Shown: one piece after another, positions 8,167 to 17,965 of the stretch
How positions within the stretch are numbered: position 1 is the first letter of the stretch
How the letters are laid out: each line of letters begins with the position of its first letter
NCBI GenBank assembly: GCA_016933675.1
Contig: JAFGAM010000100.1
Location: 8,928 to 72,927 of the forward strand
DNA: 64,000 bases
Reading direction: 5' to 3'
From: Candidatus Anaeroferrophillacea bacterium
Lineage (GTDB): Bacteria; Desulfobacterota; Anaeroferrophillalia; Anaeroferrophillales; Anaeroferrophillaceae
Program-made: the position numbers and the translations under genes
Notes under the pieces: generated by a model
The model's database searches: none
Told to the model about the DNA's origin: nothing
What the model saw: the letters and a program-made list of their open reading frames with translations, nothing else

Positions 8167-9300
8167 ATGGCAGTGACGGTTGACGTACAGGCCCCGGAAA
8201 CCGGGGTGGCGGTACTGGCGGTAACGGGTGATGTCAACCACGGGGCGGGGACAATCCTGCACGACGCCGGCCAGGAGGCGCTGGCCGGGCACCCCGGCGC
8301 AGTGGTGGTCGATCTTGAAAAGGCGGTTGTCGTGGACGGCTTCGGCCTTGCCCATCTGCTGGCCCTGGTGGTGCGGTTGAAACGGCGGCAGGTGGCCGTC
8401 GCCCTGGCAGCTACCGGCTCTCGCTCCTGGCGGCTGCTGGTAGAGCTGGGTATCGACCGTGTCGCCCGCATCTATTCGGCCACCGCCGCGGCGGTGGGCG
8501 ACCTGAAATCCGGCGCCCCGGGCGGAACCTTCACGCCGCCGGTGGTCGGTGCCGACGACGAACACGAGATCTTTCCGGCCGCTACCTGGGCGCCTTCCCT
8601 GGGCGAGACCTGGTTTGATGAACGCCCCGAAGGGATTCGCAATCTCAACGTCCTCGGCCGGCTACCCCAGGGCATCGGTCACGGCTACGGTTCCCTGTGG
8701 CGCAAGACCTACCGGGTACGGCTCACCGCCGATGACGTTACCCCGGCGGCGGTGGCGGCGGCGTTCAAACAGCATCTGCCGGACTACTGGCCCGCCGGTA
8801 ACGTCATCGTCCTGCCCCTCGGGCTGGTCACCGGGGCGCCGGGGATCATTAATCTTACCATCCCCGGCGGGGTGCCGCTGGCCACCGGTATCCGGGTGTT
8901 GAACGTCACCGACCGGAGTTTTTCCTTCGTGCCGCTTCGCGGCCACATGGAGGCCGGCTGGATCACCTTCGGCGCGGTGGAGGAGGAGGGGCGCCCGGTG
9001 GCCATGGTGCAGTCCTTCGCCCGCACCGGTGATCCGCTCTACGAATCCGGCTTCGTCTTCTTCGGCCACCACCAGCAGGAGAGGTTCTGGGACGAGACCC
9101 TGACCGCGCTGGCCGCCGATCTCGGTGTCAGCGCCCTGGTGGAGATGTCCACCACCTGTATCGACCGCCGCCGGCTCGGCCGCGGCTGGCGCAACCTGCC
9201 GGCTAACGGCGCCGTGCGCACCGTGGCAGCAATCATTGCCGACGGTGTCCGGCGGCTGGTACGCCGCCGGTCCAAAGCGTCCGCCCCGGAACGTTCGTGA
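8167..9300 (+). CDS. STAS (anti-sigma-antagonist-like) domain fused to a DUF1990-like domain
   Basis: The N-terminal ~110 aa (VAVLAVTGDV...VVVDLEKAVVVDGFGLAHLLALV) resemble SpoIIAA/STAS. The C-terminal part (SFSFVPLRGHMEAGWITFGAVEEEGRPVAMVQSFART) resembles DUF1990. This is recognition by eye only. Confidence 0.6.
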   Translation: MAVTVDVQAPETGVAVLAVTGDVNHGAGTILHDAGQEALAGHPGAVVVDLEKAVVVDGFGLAHLLALVVRLKRRQVAVALAATGSRSWRLLVELGIDRVARIYSATAAAVGDLKSGAPGGTFTPPVVGADDEHEIFPAATWAPSLGETWFDERPEGIRNLNVLGRLPQGIGHGYGSLWRKTYRVRLTADDVTPAAVAAAFKQHLPDYWPAGNVIVLPLGLVTGAPGIINLTIPGGVPLATGIRVLNVTDRSFSFVPLRGHMEAGWITFGAVEEEGRPVAMVQSFARTGDPLYESGFVFFGHHQQERFWDETLTALAADLGVSALVEMSTTCIDRRRLGRGWRNLPANGAVRTVAAIIADGVRRLVRRRSKASAPERS

Positions 9301-10736
9301 CCGCCGATGTTGTAGTTGTCGGCAGCGGTCCCAACGGCCTGGTGGCGGCGGCGTTTCTTGCCCGCACGGGGTTTTCCGTCACCGTCTTCGAAGGTGAGTC
9401 CACGGTGGGCGGCGGCTGTCGCTCAGCCGCCCTGACCCTGCCGGGGTTTATTCACGACATCTGCGCCGCGGTGCATCCCCTGGGTATCTCTTCGCCCGGT
9501 TTCGCCTCGCTGCCGCTGGCGGCGCACGGGTTGAACTGGCGGCAGCCGGAAATTCCCCTGGCCCATCCCCTGGACGACGGCTCGGCGGCGTTGCTGGAGC
9601 GTTCCCTGGACCGCACCGCCGCCGGTTTCGGCCGCGACGGCGACGCCTACCGCCGGCTGGTGGCGCCCTTCGTTGCCCGCTGGTCCGGTCTGGTACCTGA
9701 CATCCTCGCTCCGGCGGTGACCGGTACCGTTCCGCGCCACCCGCTGCTCATGGCCCGTTTCGGCCTGCATGCTCTGCGTTCCGTGCGCGGCCTGGTCGAC
9801 GGGCGTTTCGTCGAACGGGGCACGAAGGCGCTGTTTGCCGGACTCGCGGTTCACGGCCTGCTGCCGTTGGAACGGCCGCCTACCGCCAGCTTCGCCATGG
9901 TACTCGGCGCCGCCGCCCATGCCGTCGGCTGGCCGCTGGTGGCCGGCGGCTCCCAGAATCTGGCCGACGCCCTGGCGGCCTGTGTCCGCGCCGCCGGCGG
10001 CGATATCGTCCGCGATCATCCGGTACGGGCTGCGGCCGATATCCCCCCCGCCCGGGCGGTGCTGTTCGACATTAGCCCCCGGCACCTGCTGGGCCTCGCC
10101 GGCGACCGCTTTCCGCTGTCGTACCGTCAGGCGCTGCGGCGTTTCCGGCACGGTCCCGGCGTGTTCAAGGTGGACTGGGCACTCTCCGGGCCGATTCCCT
10201 GGCGGAATGGCGCCTGCCGCCGCGCCGGCACCGTGCATCTCGGCGGCACCTTCGGCGAGATCGCCCGCAGTGAACGGCAGGTCTGGCTCGGCGGGCACCC
10301 CGACCGGCCGGCGGTGCTGCTGGTGCAGCCGACCGTCTGCGATGCCTCCCGGGCGCCGGCGGGGAAGCACGTCGCCTGGGCCTACTGCCACGTGCCGGCG
10401 GGCTCGCCGGTGGACATGGCGGCGGCCGTCGAGGCCCAGGTGGAGCGTTTCGCTTCTGGTTTCAAAGACCTGGTGATCGGTCGCCACGTGATGCCGCCGG
10501 CGGCCATGGAGGCTCACAATCCCAACTATATCGGCGGCGATATCACCGGCGGCGTTCAGAGTCTGCGTCAGACCTTCTTCCGGCCGGTGGCGGGCCGCGA
10601 CCCGTACCGCCTGCCGGTGCCCGGCTGGTTTCTCTGCTCGGCGTCGACGCCGCCGGGCGGCGGGGTGCATGGCATGTGCGGGCTGCATGCCGCGCAGCGG
10701 GCGCGGCACTGGCTGGAGAAAAAATCTTCCACCTGA
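9297..10736 (+). CDS. NAD(P)/FAD-dependent oxidoreductase, phytoene-desaturase (CrtI)-related
   Basis: GTG start overlaps the previous stop (GTGA). N-terminal dinucleotide fold VVVVGSGPNGLVAAAFLARTGFSVTVFE..TVGG. Length 479 aa. Confidence 0.8.
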   Translation: MTADVVVVGSGPNGLVAAAFLARTGFSVTVFEGESTVGGGCRSAALTLPGFIHDICAAVHPLGISSPGFASLPLAAHGLNWRQPEIPLAHPLDDGSAALLERSLDRTAAGFGRDGDAYRRLVAPFVARWSGLVPDILAPAVTGTVPRHPLLMARFGLHALRSVRGLVDGRFVERGTKALFAGLAVHGLLPLERPPTASFAMVLGAAAHAVGWPLVAGGSQNLADALAACVRAAGGDIVRDHPVRAAADIPPARAVLFDISPRHLLGLAGDRFPLSYRQALRRFRHGPGVFKVDWALSGPIPWRNGACRRAGTVHLGGTFGEIARSERQVWLGGHPDRPAVLLVQPTVCDASRAPAGKHVAWAYCHVPAGSPVDMAAAVEAQVERFASGFKDLVIGRHVMPPAAMEAHNPNYIGGDITGGVQSLRQTFFRPVAGRDPYRLPVPGWFLCSASTPPGGGVHGMCGLHAAQRARHWLEKKSST

Positions 10737-10875
10737 TCCGGCGCGGCGGCCGCTGTTCCGACCGGTGGATGTGATGTGGCCGTGCGGGGCGTGAACCGGT
10801 GGGCAGCGCAAGGAATGTGATCGGCCGGGGCGTGGAGTCGGCGATCCCGGCGGATGGGCCGGAGGGGGTGCTGTT

Positions 10876-12000
10876 ATGACGAACCGTGGTGAACTGGTAA
10901 TTGTCGGCGGCGGCTACGCCGGCCTTGCCTGCCTGCGTACCGCCGCCCGCGGCCTGCCCGCCGGCTGGCGCATCCGCCTCGTCGATGCCGGTTTCCGGCA
11001 CCAGGTCAAGGCCCGCTTCCACGAACGGGTGGCGCGGCCTTCCCGTGACCGGTTGGTGTGGAAGTCCCTTGGTTCCCTGGCGGCGGCTGCCGGCGCCGAA
11101 TGGGTGCAAGATACGGTGATTGAACTTGACCCGGGGCGGCAGTGGGTGGTCGGCCGCCGGGAGACGTATCGCTACGATATCCTGGTGCTGGCGGCCGGCG
11201 CCGGAATCGCGTATTTCGGTATCCCCGGGGCGGCCGAACACGCCATCCATACCCAGGAATACGAATCCGTGGTGCGCGGTTGTCGCCGGGTGCAGGAGCT
11301 GGCCTCCCGGGCGGCGACCGGGGAACGCGTACGGCTGGCGGTCAGTGGCGCCGGGGTCGAGGGGGTAGAGGTGGCGGCTATGGTCCGCCGGGTGTTGCCG
11401 CGGCCGGCGGGGGAGGTGATCCTAACCGCCCGCAGCGCCGATATCCTGCCGCGGGCCGGTATCACCGATGCTCAACGGGCCTACGTGCGCGAGTACTGCC
11501 GGCGGACGGGCATCGAGCTGCAGTTGGATACCGCCGCCACAGCAGTCACCGCCGCCGGGTTGGAAGTTGCTGGTGACTGCCTGGCGGCGGATCTGGTGCT
11601 CTGGTGTGCCGGGGTGCGGCCGCGGGTGCTGCCGGGCATGCCTGACGGCCGCCCGCTGACCGTCAATCGGTTTTTGCAGAGTGAACGCTGGGCTGACGTG
11701 TTTGCCGTCGGCGATGTTGCCGTGGTCGCCGGCGGTACCGGTGACGCCAACCAGGCCAGCGCCCAGCGGGCGGTGTTCCACGGCGACCGGGCGGGGGCCA
11801 ACGTCCGGCGGCTGGTCGCCGGGAAGCCGTTGCGACGGGTAGATTACCATTCTCACGGGGAGTTGATCGCCCTGGGAGATGGCGACGGGGTGGGCATAGT
11901 CGGCGGGGTGCCGCTGTGCGGTCTGAAGGTGGCGCTGCTTAAACGGGTCAACGAATGGCGTTATGCCGCCATGCTGCGGTCCGGCCGCCGCCGCCGCTGA
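10876..12000 (+). CDS. FAD-dependent pyridine nucleotide-disulfide oxidoreductase (type II NADH dehydrogenase-like)
   Basis: LVIVGGGYAGLA first Rossmann, VSGAGVEGVEVAA second Rossmann, and C-terminal VFAVGDVA motif. Confidence 0.75.
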   Translation: MTNRGELVIVGGGYAGLACLRTAARGLPAGWRIRLVDAGFRHQVKARFHERVARPSRDRLVWKSLGSLAAAAGAEWVQDTVIELDPGRQWVVGRRETYRYDILVLAAGAGIAYFGIPGAAEHAIHTQEYESVVRGCRRVQELASRAATGERVRLAVSGAGVEGVEVAAMVRRVLPRPAGEVILTARSADILPRAGITDAQRAYVREYCRRTGIELQLDTAATAVTAAGLEVAGDCLAADLVLWCAGVRPRVLPGMPDGRPLTVNRFLQSERWADVFAVGDVAVVAGGTGDANQASAQRAVFHGDRAGANVRRLVAGKPLRRVDYHSHGELIALGDGDGVGIVGGVPLCGLKVALLKRVNEWRYAAMLRSGRRRR

Positions 12001-12127
12001 AGTCGGCCCCCCGTGTTCTCTCTCGCCCGTATCCGGGAGCGTATCGAACGCTTCCTGGTCGGTGACGGAACGGGGCATCAATATAATGATAAAAAACTTG
12101 AATTAAAGCTTTGAGGTTGTCGATATC

Positions 12128-12961
12128 ATGAAGCTTATCGATGTTCATCTTCATGTCGGCCAGGTCTTCGAATGGCGGCCGGAGGCGGTGCGCCTGTGGA
12201 TGGATACGGGTCCCTACCGGCCGCTGATCTACGACGATGAGGGCCGGTTGGTGCCGGAGCGCTATCATCGGGTGCTGGCCGGTGAAGGTGTGGTCGGGGG
12301 TGTCCTGCTCCCGGAGTATTCGCCGGAAACCGCCGGCTCGCTGCCGGTGGAACGGGTGTTCGAGGTCTGTCGGCGCTATCCGCGGTATATCCCGTTCGGG
12401 GCCGTGAATCCGCTGGTTCACGACGATCTGCTGGCCGAGGCTCGGCGCCAGCGGCAGCTCGGGGTGGTGGGCTTCAAACTCCACGGGGTGCACGGTCTCT
12501 ACGCCGTCAACGACCGCCGGCTCTACCCGTTTTACGAGTGGTGCCGCTCCGAGGGGCTGCCGGTGATGCTTCATGCCGGCACCTCCATCTTTCCGCGGAC
12601 CAAGCTCAAACACGCCGATCCCTACCTTTACGACGAGGTGGCCACCGACTTCCCGGAATTGACCCTTGTCCTCTGCCATGCCGGGCGGAACTTCTGGTAC
12701 CACCTGGCGGAGTTCATGGTGATCCGCCATCCCCGGGTCTACATCGATGTCTCTGGCCTGCCGCCGCGGAAATTGTTGACATTCTACCCGAGGATGGCGA
12801 AACTGGCCGATCGGTTTCTCTTCGGTACCGATTTCCCCGGCGTTCCCGGTATCCGGAGTAATGCCGAAAAGATCGCCACCCTGGGGCTCGATGATGCGGT
12901 GTTGCATCGCATCTTTTACGCCAATGCCCGCGAACTGCTGCCATTTCCGGACGGGGTGTGA
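12128..12961 (+). CDS. amidohydrolase-2 (TIM-barrel metal-dependent hydrolase) family protein
   Basis: MKLIDVHLHVG metal-binding start, then FKLHG, VMLHAG, LCHAG and FGTDFP motifs typical of PF04909-type hydrolases. Confidence 0.8.
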   Translation: MKLIDVHLHVGQVFEWRPEAVRLWMDTGPYRPLIYDDEGRLVPERYHRVLAGEGVVGGVLLPEYSPETAGSLPVERVFEVCRRYPRYIPFGAVNPLVHDDLLAEARRQRQLGVVGFKLHGVHGLYAVNDRRLYPFYEWCRSEGLPVMLHAGTSIFPRTKLKHADPYLYDEVATDFPELTLVLCHAGRNFWYHLAEFMVIRHPRVYIDVSGLPPRKLLTFYPRMAKLADRFLFGTDFPGVPGIRSNAEKIATLGLDDAVLHRIFYANARELLPFPDGV

Positions 12962-12972
12962 GGTGTCCGAGC

Positions 12973-13416
12973 ATGCTTGATCGTCCCGTGGTGCGAGTCA
13001 CCGGGGTGTTCACGGCCGACTGCCGCACGGCCCAGCCGCTGCCGCTGGCGGTGGCTTCGGTGTCGGCCGGTTTTCCATCCCCTGCCGATGACTACCTGGA
13101 GGGGAGCCTCGATCTCAATCAGTATCTCGTCAAACACCCGGCGGCGACCTTTTTCGTCCGGGTGACCGGGGATTCGATGATCGATGCCGGCGTTCACGAC
13201 GGCGACCTGCTGCTGGTGGACCGTTCCCTGGAGCCCGCCGACGGCCGGGTGGTGATCGCGGTGATCAACGGCGAACTGTTGGTGAAGCGGGTACGCCGCT
13301 TGCGCGGCGGCCTCTACCTGCTGCCGGAAAACGACGATTACCGCCCCATCAGGATCGAAGCGGAGATGGATTTCGAACTCTGGGGCGTGGTTACCCACGT
13401 GATTCATGCCTTGTGA
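12973..13416 (+). CDS. umuD: translesion polymerase V accessory subunit UmuD (S24 peptidase)
   Basis: Colinear with E. coli UmuD: AGFPSPADDYLEGSLDLNQYLVKHPAATFFVRVTGDSMIDAGVHDGDLLLVD...GELLVKR. This covers the Ala-Gly cleavage site and the Ser/Lys dyad. Confidence 0.9.
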   Translation: MLDRPVVRVTGVFTADCRTAQPLPLAVASVSAGFPSPADDYLEGSLDLNQYLVKHPAATFFVRVTGDSMIDAGVHDGDLLLVDRSLEPADGRVVIAVINGELLVKRVRRLRGGLYLLPENDDYRPIRIEAEMDFELWGVVTHVIHAL

Positions 13417-13636
13417 AACGTTGTTCTTTTTCTTCAGGTTAACGTAAAACTGACGAAACTATCACCATGCCGGTGGCCGTTGTTGCCCGATCCACGCCCG
13501 GTGTCGCGGGTTGCAGTCTGTTTTTCGCATGTTCCGGGTGGCTTTACGGAGTGCCTGCCACATGTCGGTGCCGTCGTAGGGGCGAAAGATTTTTCGCCCG
13601 TACAGGGGAAAAGGTTGTGAAAGGAAACGGGAATTG

Positions 13637-16486
13637 ATGCGACGGTGTCTTTCGGTGTTGATGCCGGCCATGTTTTTGCTGTGCGGGCTGCTGCTGTCCG
13701 GTCCGGCGGCGTCTGCCGCCCGCGGCGACGAGCTTTCGCCGGCCCAGCGGCAGTACCTGGCCGAAAAGGGCACCATTACCTTCATCAGCCAGAGTCACTA
13801 CCCGCCGTTTGAATTCATCGCCGCCGATGACGGCGCGCGAACCGGCATGTGCATCGACCTGGTGCGCTGGATGGCCGCCGAATTGGGGTTTCGCGTTCGC
13901 TTTGTCGATGCCCCGTTCCGGGAGGCCCAGGAACGGGTGCTGGCCGGTGATGCCGATGTCCTGACCGGTCTGTCCTTCAGCGACCGGCGGGACGAGGAGT
14001 TCGATTTCACCCGGATGATGTTCGCGGTGCCGGCCTCCATCTTCGTGGTCGCCGAGCGCACCGATATCCATGGCCTGCAGGATCTGCGCGGCCGGTGCGT
14101 CGCCATGCAGGCGGGAGGCTACGCCGCCGGGTTCCTCGAACGGCTGGGGATTGTCTGCGAGATCGTTCCCGCCGCCAGCTTCGCCGCCACCGTCGATTTG
14201 GTGCTGGCCGGCCGGGCCGACGCGGTGATCGGTGACGAGCAGGTGGTGTGGCACCACGTCTATTCCAGCAATCTCGCCGAGAGCATCAAGAAGGTGGGTG
14301 AACCGCTGTATGTCGGCCGCAACTGCATGGCGGTCAAGGGCGGCAACCGGAAACTGCTGAGTATAATCGATATCGGTATCGCCCGGGCGCAGGCGCAGGG
14401 GGTGCTGGACCGGATCACCCGCACCTGGCTGGGGGAACGTTATGCACCTCCGTGTCCCTGGTGGCGGGAGTACGGCTCGGTGCTGCTGGCCGCCGGGCCG
14501 GCGCTGGCGCTGCTGCTGCTCTGGTTCTGGTGGTGGCATCGCCGGCTGAAGGCCGAGGTGGCCGATCGTACCGCTGCCCTGCGGTCGTCCGAGGCCACCC
14601 TGCAGGCCATTCTCGCCGCCTCGCCGGTGGGTATCGGGGTGTCCCGGGGGAGGCGCATCGAGTGGTACAACCAGGCCCTGGCCCGGATGCTGGACGGCGG
14701 CGAGACCGAGCTGGTGGGCCGGGACGTGCGACAGCTCTATCCCGATAACGCTGCTTTCCATGCCGCGGTGGCGGCGGTGAAACCGGAACTCGAAGCGGGT
14801 CGCAGCGGCCCGGTGGCGGTGCGCTGGCAGCGCCGGGACGGGGCGGTGATCGACTGCCGGCTGCATTTTGCGCCGTTGCCCGGTGAGGGGGCCGATAATC
14901 TGCCGCGAACCATCTACACGGTGGAAGATACCACCGGGCAGCGGCGGCGGGACGCGGAGCTTGCCCGCAGCGAGAACCGGCTGCGGGCGATTCTTGCCGC
15001 CAATCCCAATCCTATGGTGGTATATGATGATCGCGGCCATCCGACCTACCTGAATCCGGCGTTCACCGAGTTGTTCGGCTGGACCGCGGAAGAACTGGCG
15101 GGGGGTACCATTCCCTTCGTGCCGGAGTCGGAGCGCGAGCAGGCCATGGCCAAGATCCGCGAACTCTACGCCACCGGCCGGGTGCCGCTGTTCACCACCC
15201 GCCGTCTGACGAAAAAGGGGGATATGCTCGACATCATGCTCAGCGCCCGGCTGGTGCACGACACCGCGGGACGGGCGGTGGAGATGGTGGTCAATCTTGC
15301 CGATATCACCGCCGTCAAGGAGCTGAAGAGCCGCCTGCGCCAGGCCGAAAAGATGGAGGTGGTGGGTACCCTGGCGGGCGGCATCGCCCACGATTTCAAC
15401 AATATCCTGACGGCGATCATGGGGTTCGCCGAGATCGGCCGGGAGAAGATCCGGGCCGGCACGGTCCCTGACAATGAATATGGCAGGATCACGGCGGCGG
15501 CCGAGCGGGCGCGGAACCTGGTGAAGCAGCTGCTGGCCTTCAGCCGGCAGACCGAGCCGGAGATGGTGCCCCTCGACCTGAACCGGCTGTGCGCTCAGAC
15601 CATGGAGATGATCGAACGGGTGATTCCGAAGATGATCACCGTGGACCTGCGGCTGGCCGCCGACCTGCCGCCGGCTACCGGTGATCACCACCAGCTTTCC
15701 CTGGTGCTGTTGAACCTGTGCGGCAATGCCGCCGACGCCATGCCCGAGGGTGGTACCATCCGCATCGAGACCGGCCGGAAGCGGGTATCCGGGCTGGTCT
15801 GCGCCGCCTGCGGCGACGCTTTCAGCGGTGACCTCGTCCGTCTCCGGGTGGCCGATACCGGCTGCGGCATGGACGCTGAAACCCGGAAGCGGATGTTCGA
15901 TCCGTTCTTCACTACCAAGGAGGTGGGCAAGGGGACAGGGCTTGGCATGTCCACGGTGTACGGTATCGTCAAGGGGCATGTCGGCCACGTGACCTGTGAG
16001 AGCGCTCCGGGCGCGGGGACGATCATCGACGTGTTTCTGCCGGTGGCGGCGGTGCCGGCCGCCGTTGTCGACCCGCCGCGCCGGGCTCCGGGGCTCGGGG
16101 AGGAAGTGCACGGTACCGAAACCATTCTGCTGGTGGACGACGAGGATGATATCCGTGAGGTGGGCCGGGAACTGCTGACCACCTTCGGTTATCGACTGAT
16201 GTCGGCCGCCAGCGGTGAGGAGGCACTGGAGATCTACCGGCAGGCCGGCGGTGATCCGGTCGATCTGGTGATTCTCGATCTCAGCATGCCCGGCATGGGC
16301 GGCTTCGCCTGCCTGGCCGAACTCAAGCGCCTCAATCCCGACATCAAGGTGGTGATCGCCAGCGGCTACTTTCCGGAAAATCTGCCTGCCGATACCCCCA
16401 CGGCGGCAGCTTACCTGCACAAGCCTTACAGCCACGCCCAGTTGCTGACGACCATCCGCCGCATCCTGGATTCGGCCCGGGCGTAG
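13637..16486 (+). CDS. hybrid sensor histidine kinase: periplasmic SBP_bac_3-type domain - TM - 2x PAS - HisKA/HATPase - receiver
   Basis: Signal/TM segment, then an amino-acid-binding-protein-like domain ([13 protein letters not shown]...). A second TM ([18 protein letters not shown]) and PAS regions follow. H-box is [14 protein letters not shown], ATPase is DTGCGM...GTGLGMS, and REC is [11 protein letters not shown]...[14 protein letters not shown]. Confidence 0.9.
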   Translation: MRRCLSVLMPAMFLLCGLLLSGPAASAARGDELSPAQRQYLAEKGTITFISQSHYPPFEFIAADDGARTGMCIDLVRWMAAELGFRVRFVDAPFREAQERVLAGDADVLTGLSFSDRRDEEFDFTRMMFAVPASIFVVAERTDIHGLQDLRGRCVAMQAGGYAAGFLERLGIVCEIVPAASFAATVDLVLAGRADAVIGDEQVVWHHVYSSNLAESIKKVGEPLYVGRNCMAVKGGNRKLLSIIDIGIARAQAQGVLDRITRTWLGERYAPPCPWWREYGSVLLAAGPALALLLLWFWWWHRRLKAEVADRTAALRSSEATLQAILAASPVGIGVSRGRRIEWYNQALARMLDGGETELVGRDVRQLYPDNAAFHAAVAAVKPELEAGRSGPVAVRWQRRDGAVIDCRLHFAPLPGEGADNLPRTIYTVEDTTGQRRRDAELARSENRLRAILAANPNPMVVYDDRGHPTYLNPAFTELFGWTAEELAGGTIPFVPESEREQAMAKIRELYATGRVPLFTTRRLTKKGDMLDIMLSARLVHDTAGRAVEMVVNLADITAVKELKSRLRQAEKMEVVGTLAGGIAHDFNNILTAIMGFAEIGREKIRAGTVPDNEYGRITAAAERARNLVKQLLAFSRQTEPEMVPLDLNRLCAQTMEMIERVIPKMITVDLRLAADLPPATGDHHQLSLVLLNLCGNAADAMPEGGTIRIETGRKRVSGLVCAACGDAFSGDLVRLRVADTGCGMDAETRKRMFDPFFTTKEVGKGTGLGMSTVYGIVKGHVGHVTCESAPGAGTIIDVFLPVAAVPAAVVDPPRRAPGLGEEVHGTETILLVDDEDDIREVGRELLTTFGYRLMSAASGEEALEIYRQAGGDPVDLVILDLSMPGMGGFACLAELKRLNPDIKVVIASGYFPENLPADTPTAAAYLHKPYSHAQLLTTIRRILDSARA

Positions 16487-16496
16487 CGGGGTGGCC

Positions 16497-17768
16497 ATGG
16501 GCTGGATCGCGCTGGTGGATTGCAACAACTTCTATGTCTCATGCGAACGGGTGTTCGACCCCCGCCTCGGCGGCCGGCCGGTGGTGGTGTTGTCCAATAA
16601 CGATGGCTGCGTCATCGCCCGCTCCAACGAGGCCAAGGCCCGGGGCATCGCCATGGGGGAACCCTGGTTCCGGGTGCGGCGGCGTTTCGGCGGCGGGCGG
16701 GATCTCGTCGTGCTGTCCTCCAATTACGCCCTCTACGGCGACATGTCCCGTCGGGTTATGAGTGTCCTTGCCGGCTTCACGCCGGACCTGGAGATATATT
16801 CCATCGACGAGGCGTTTCTCGGCCTCAGCCGCCTGGATGCCTGCCGGCGGTCGGCTTTGGCGCGGGAGATTGTTGCCACGGTGCATCGCTGGACCGGCAT
16901 CCCGGTGTCGGTGGGAATTGCCGCAACCAAGGTGCTGGCGAAGCTCGCCGGCGCCCGGGCGAAACGGTTGCCGGAGGCCGGCGGGGTATTCGATCTCGAT
17001 GCTGCCGTCGACCGCGAAGCACTGCTCGCCGCGGTGCCGGTGGGCGACGTTTGGGGTGTGGGGCGGCAAACGGCGGCGAAACTGGAGTCGTGGGGCATCA
17101 ATACCGCGTTGAAACTGCGGGACGCCGACGACGGCCGGGTGCGCCGGCGGCTGGGGGTGGTCGGCCAGCGGCTGGTGCTGGAGTTGCGGGGTATTTCCTG
17201 CCTGCCGCTGGAAAGTTGTCCGCCGACGCCCAAAAGCATATGCTGTTCGCGTTCCTTCGGGGCTCCGGTGACCGACCGGCGCGAACTTTTGGAAGCGGTT
17301 TCCGCCTACCTTGCCCGGGCGCTGGAAAAGCTGCGCGCCCGGCGGCTCGATGCCGCGGCGGTCACCGTATTCCTCCAGAGCGGCAGCGGCACCCCGGCCG
17401 AACGTCGTTGGGATATGGCGGACCTGCCGCTGCTGGTGGCCAGTTCTTCGACCCCGGAGCTTTTGGGGGTGGCCCGCCGGGCGGTGACCGGGCTGTACCG
17501 GAACGGCTGCCGCTACCGGAAGGCCGGGGTCATCCTCCACGGCCTCGAACCGGCCGGTACCGGCCAGCTTGCGCTGCTGGACGAGCGCGACCGCGAGGCC
17601 GATGACCGCCTGCTGGCGGCGGTGGACGGGCTCAACGCCCGCATGGGGGTGGGAACGGTGCGCTTCGCCGCCGAGGGGCTGGCGCAGTCCTGGCGGATGA
17701 AGGCCGAGCGCCGGACACCGGCCTATACCACCTGCTGGGACGAGTTGCCGGTGGCGGCGGCGCACTGA
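16497..17768 (+). CDS. umuC: Y-family DNA polymerase V catalytic subunit UmuC
   Basis: [24 protein letters not shown]...[18 protein letters not shown]...YSIDEAFL, colinear with UmuC. An in-frame GTG at 16491 is an alternative start. Begins 5-11 nt after the kinase stop. Confidence 0.9.
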   Translation: MGWIALVDCNNFYVSCERVFDPRLGGRPVVVLSNNDGCVIARSNEAKARGIAMGEPWFRVRRRFGGGRDLVVLSSNYALYGDMSRRVMSVLAGFTPDLEIYSIDEAFLGLSRLDACRRSALAREIVATVHRWTGIPVSVGIAATKVLAKLAGARAKRLPEAGGVFDLDAAVDREALLAAVPVGDVWGVGRQTAAKLESWGINTALKLRDADDGRVRRRLGVVGQRLVLELRGISCLPLESCPPTPKSICCSRSFGAPVTDRRELLEAVSAYLARALEKLRARRLDAAAVTVFLQSGSGTPAERRWDMADLPLLVASSSTPELLGVARRAVTGLYRNGCRYRKAGVILHGLEPAGTGQLALLDERDREADDRLLAAVDGLNARMGVGTVRFAAEGLAQSWRMKAERRTPAYTTCWDELPVAAAH

Positions 17769-17965
17769 CGGAGTCGGGACGGCTCCGGACTTCTGATTCT
17801 TTCCCCGTAACTTGACGCCAAGTGCCTGATCTATAGAGGTACATGCTTTTACCTGTAAATGACGTTGGCCGAGTTCAGCGCGAAGTTATTTGATGATGAA
17901 TCGCTGCCGTGGGCGGCCTGGGGCGCTGAATCCCGATTCCTGAATCCTCTATCGAGTAATATACC

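Noticed and set aside
12000-12975. LexA/SOS box upstream of umuD or of the amidohydrolase-umuD pair.
   Set aside because: By eye I found no CTGT-N8-ACAG or GGTT-N2-C-N4-G-N3-ACC match, only an unrelated palindrome AGCGT-ATCGA-ACGCT near 12040. A matrix scan is needed, so absence is not proven.
13544-16528. 994-aa minus-strand ORF antisense to the hybrid sensor kinase. Similar long antisense ORFs lie at 18965-20647, 26302-27498, 49986-51848 and 61840-63489, among others.
   Set aside because: These are typical GC-rich shadow ORFs. Their sequences are Arg/Gly/Pro/His-rich low-complexity with no recognisable motifs, while the opposite-strand frames carry unambiguous family signatures.
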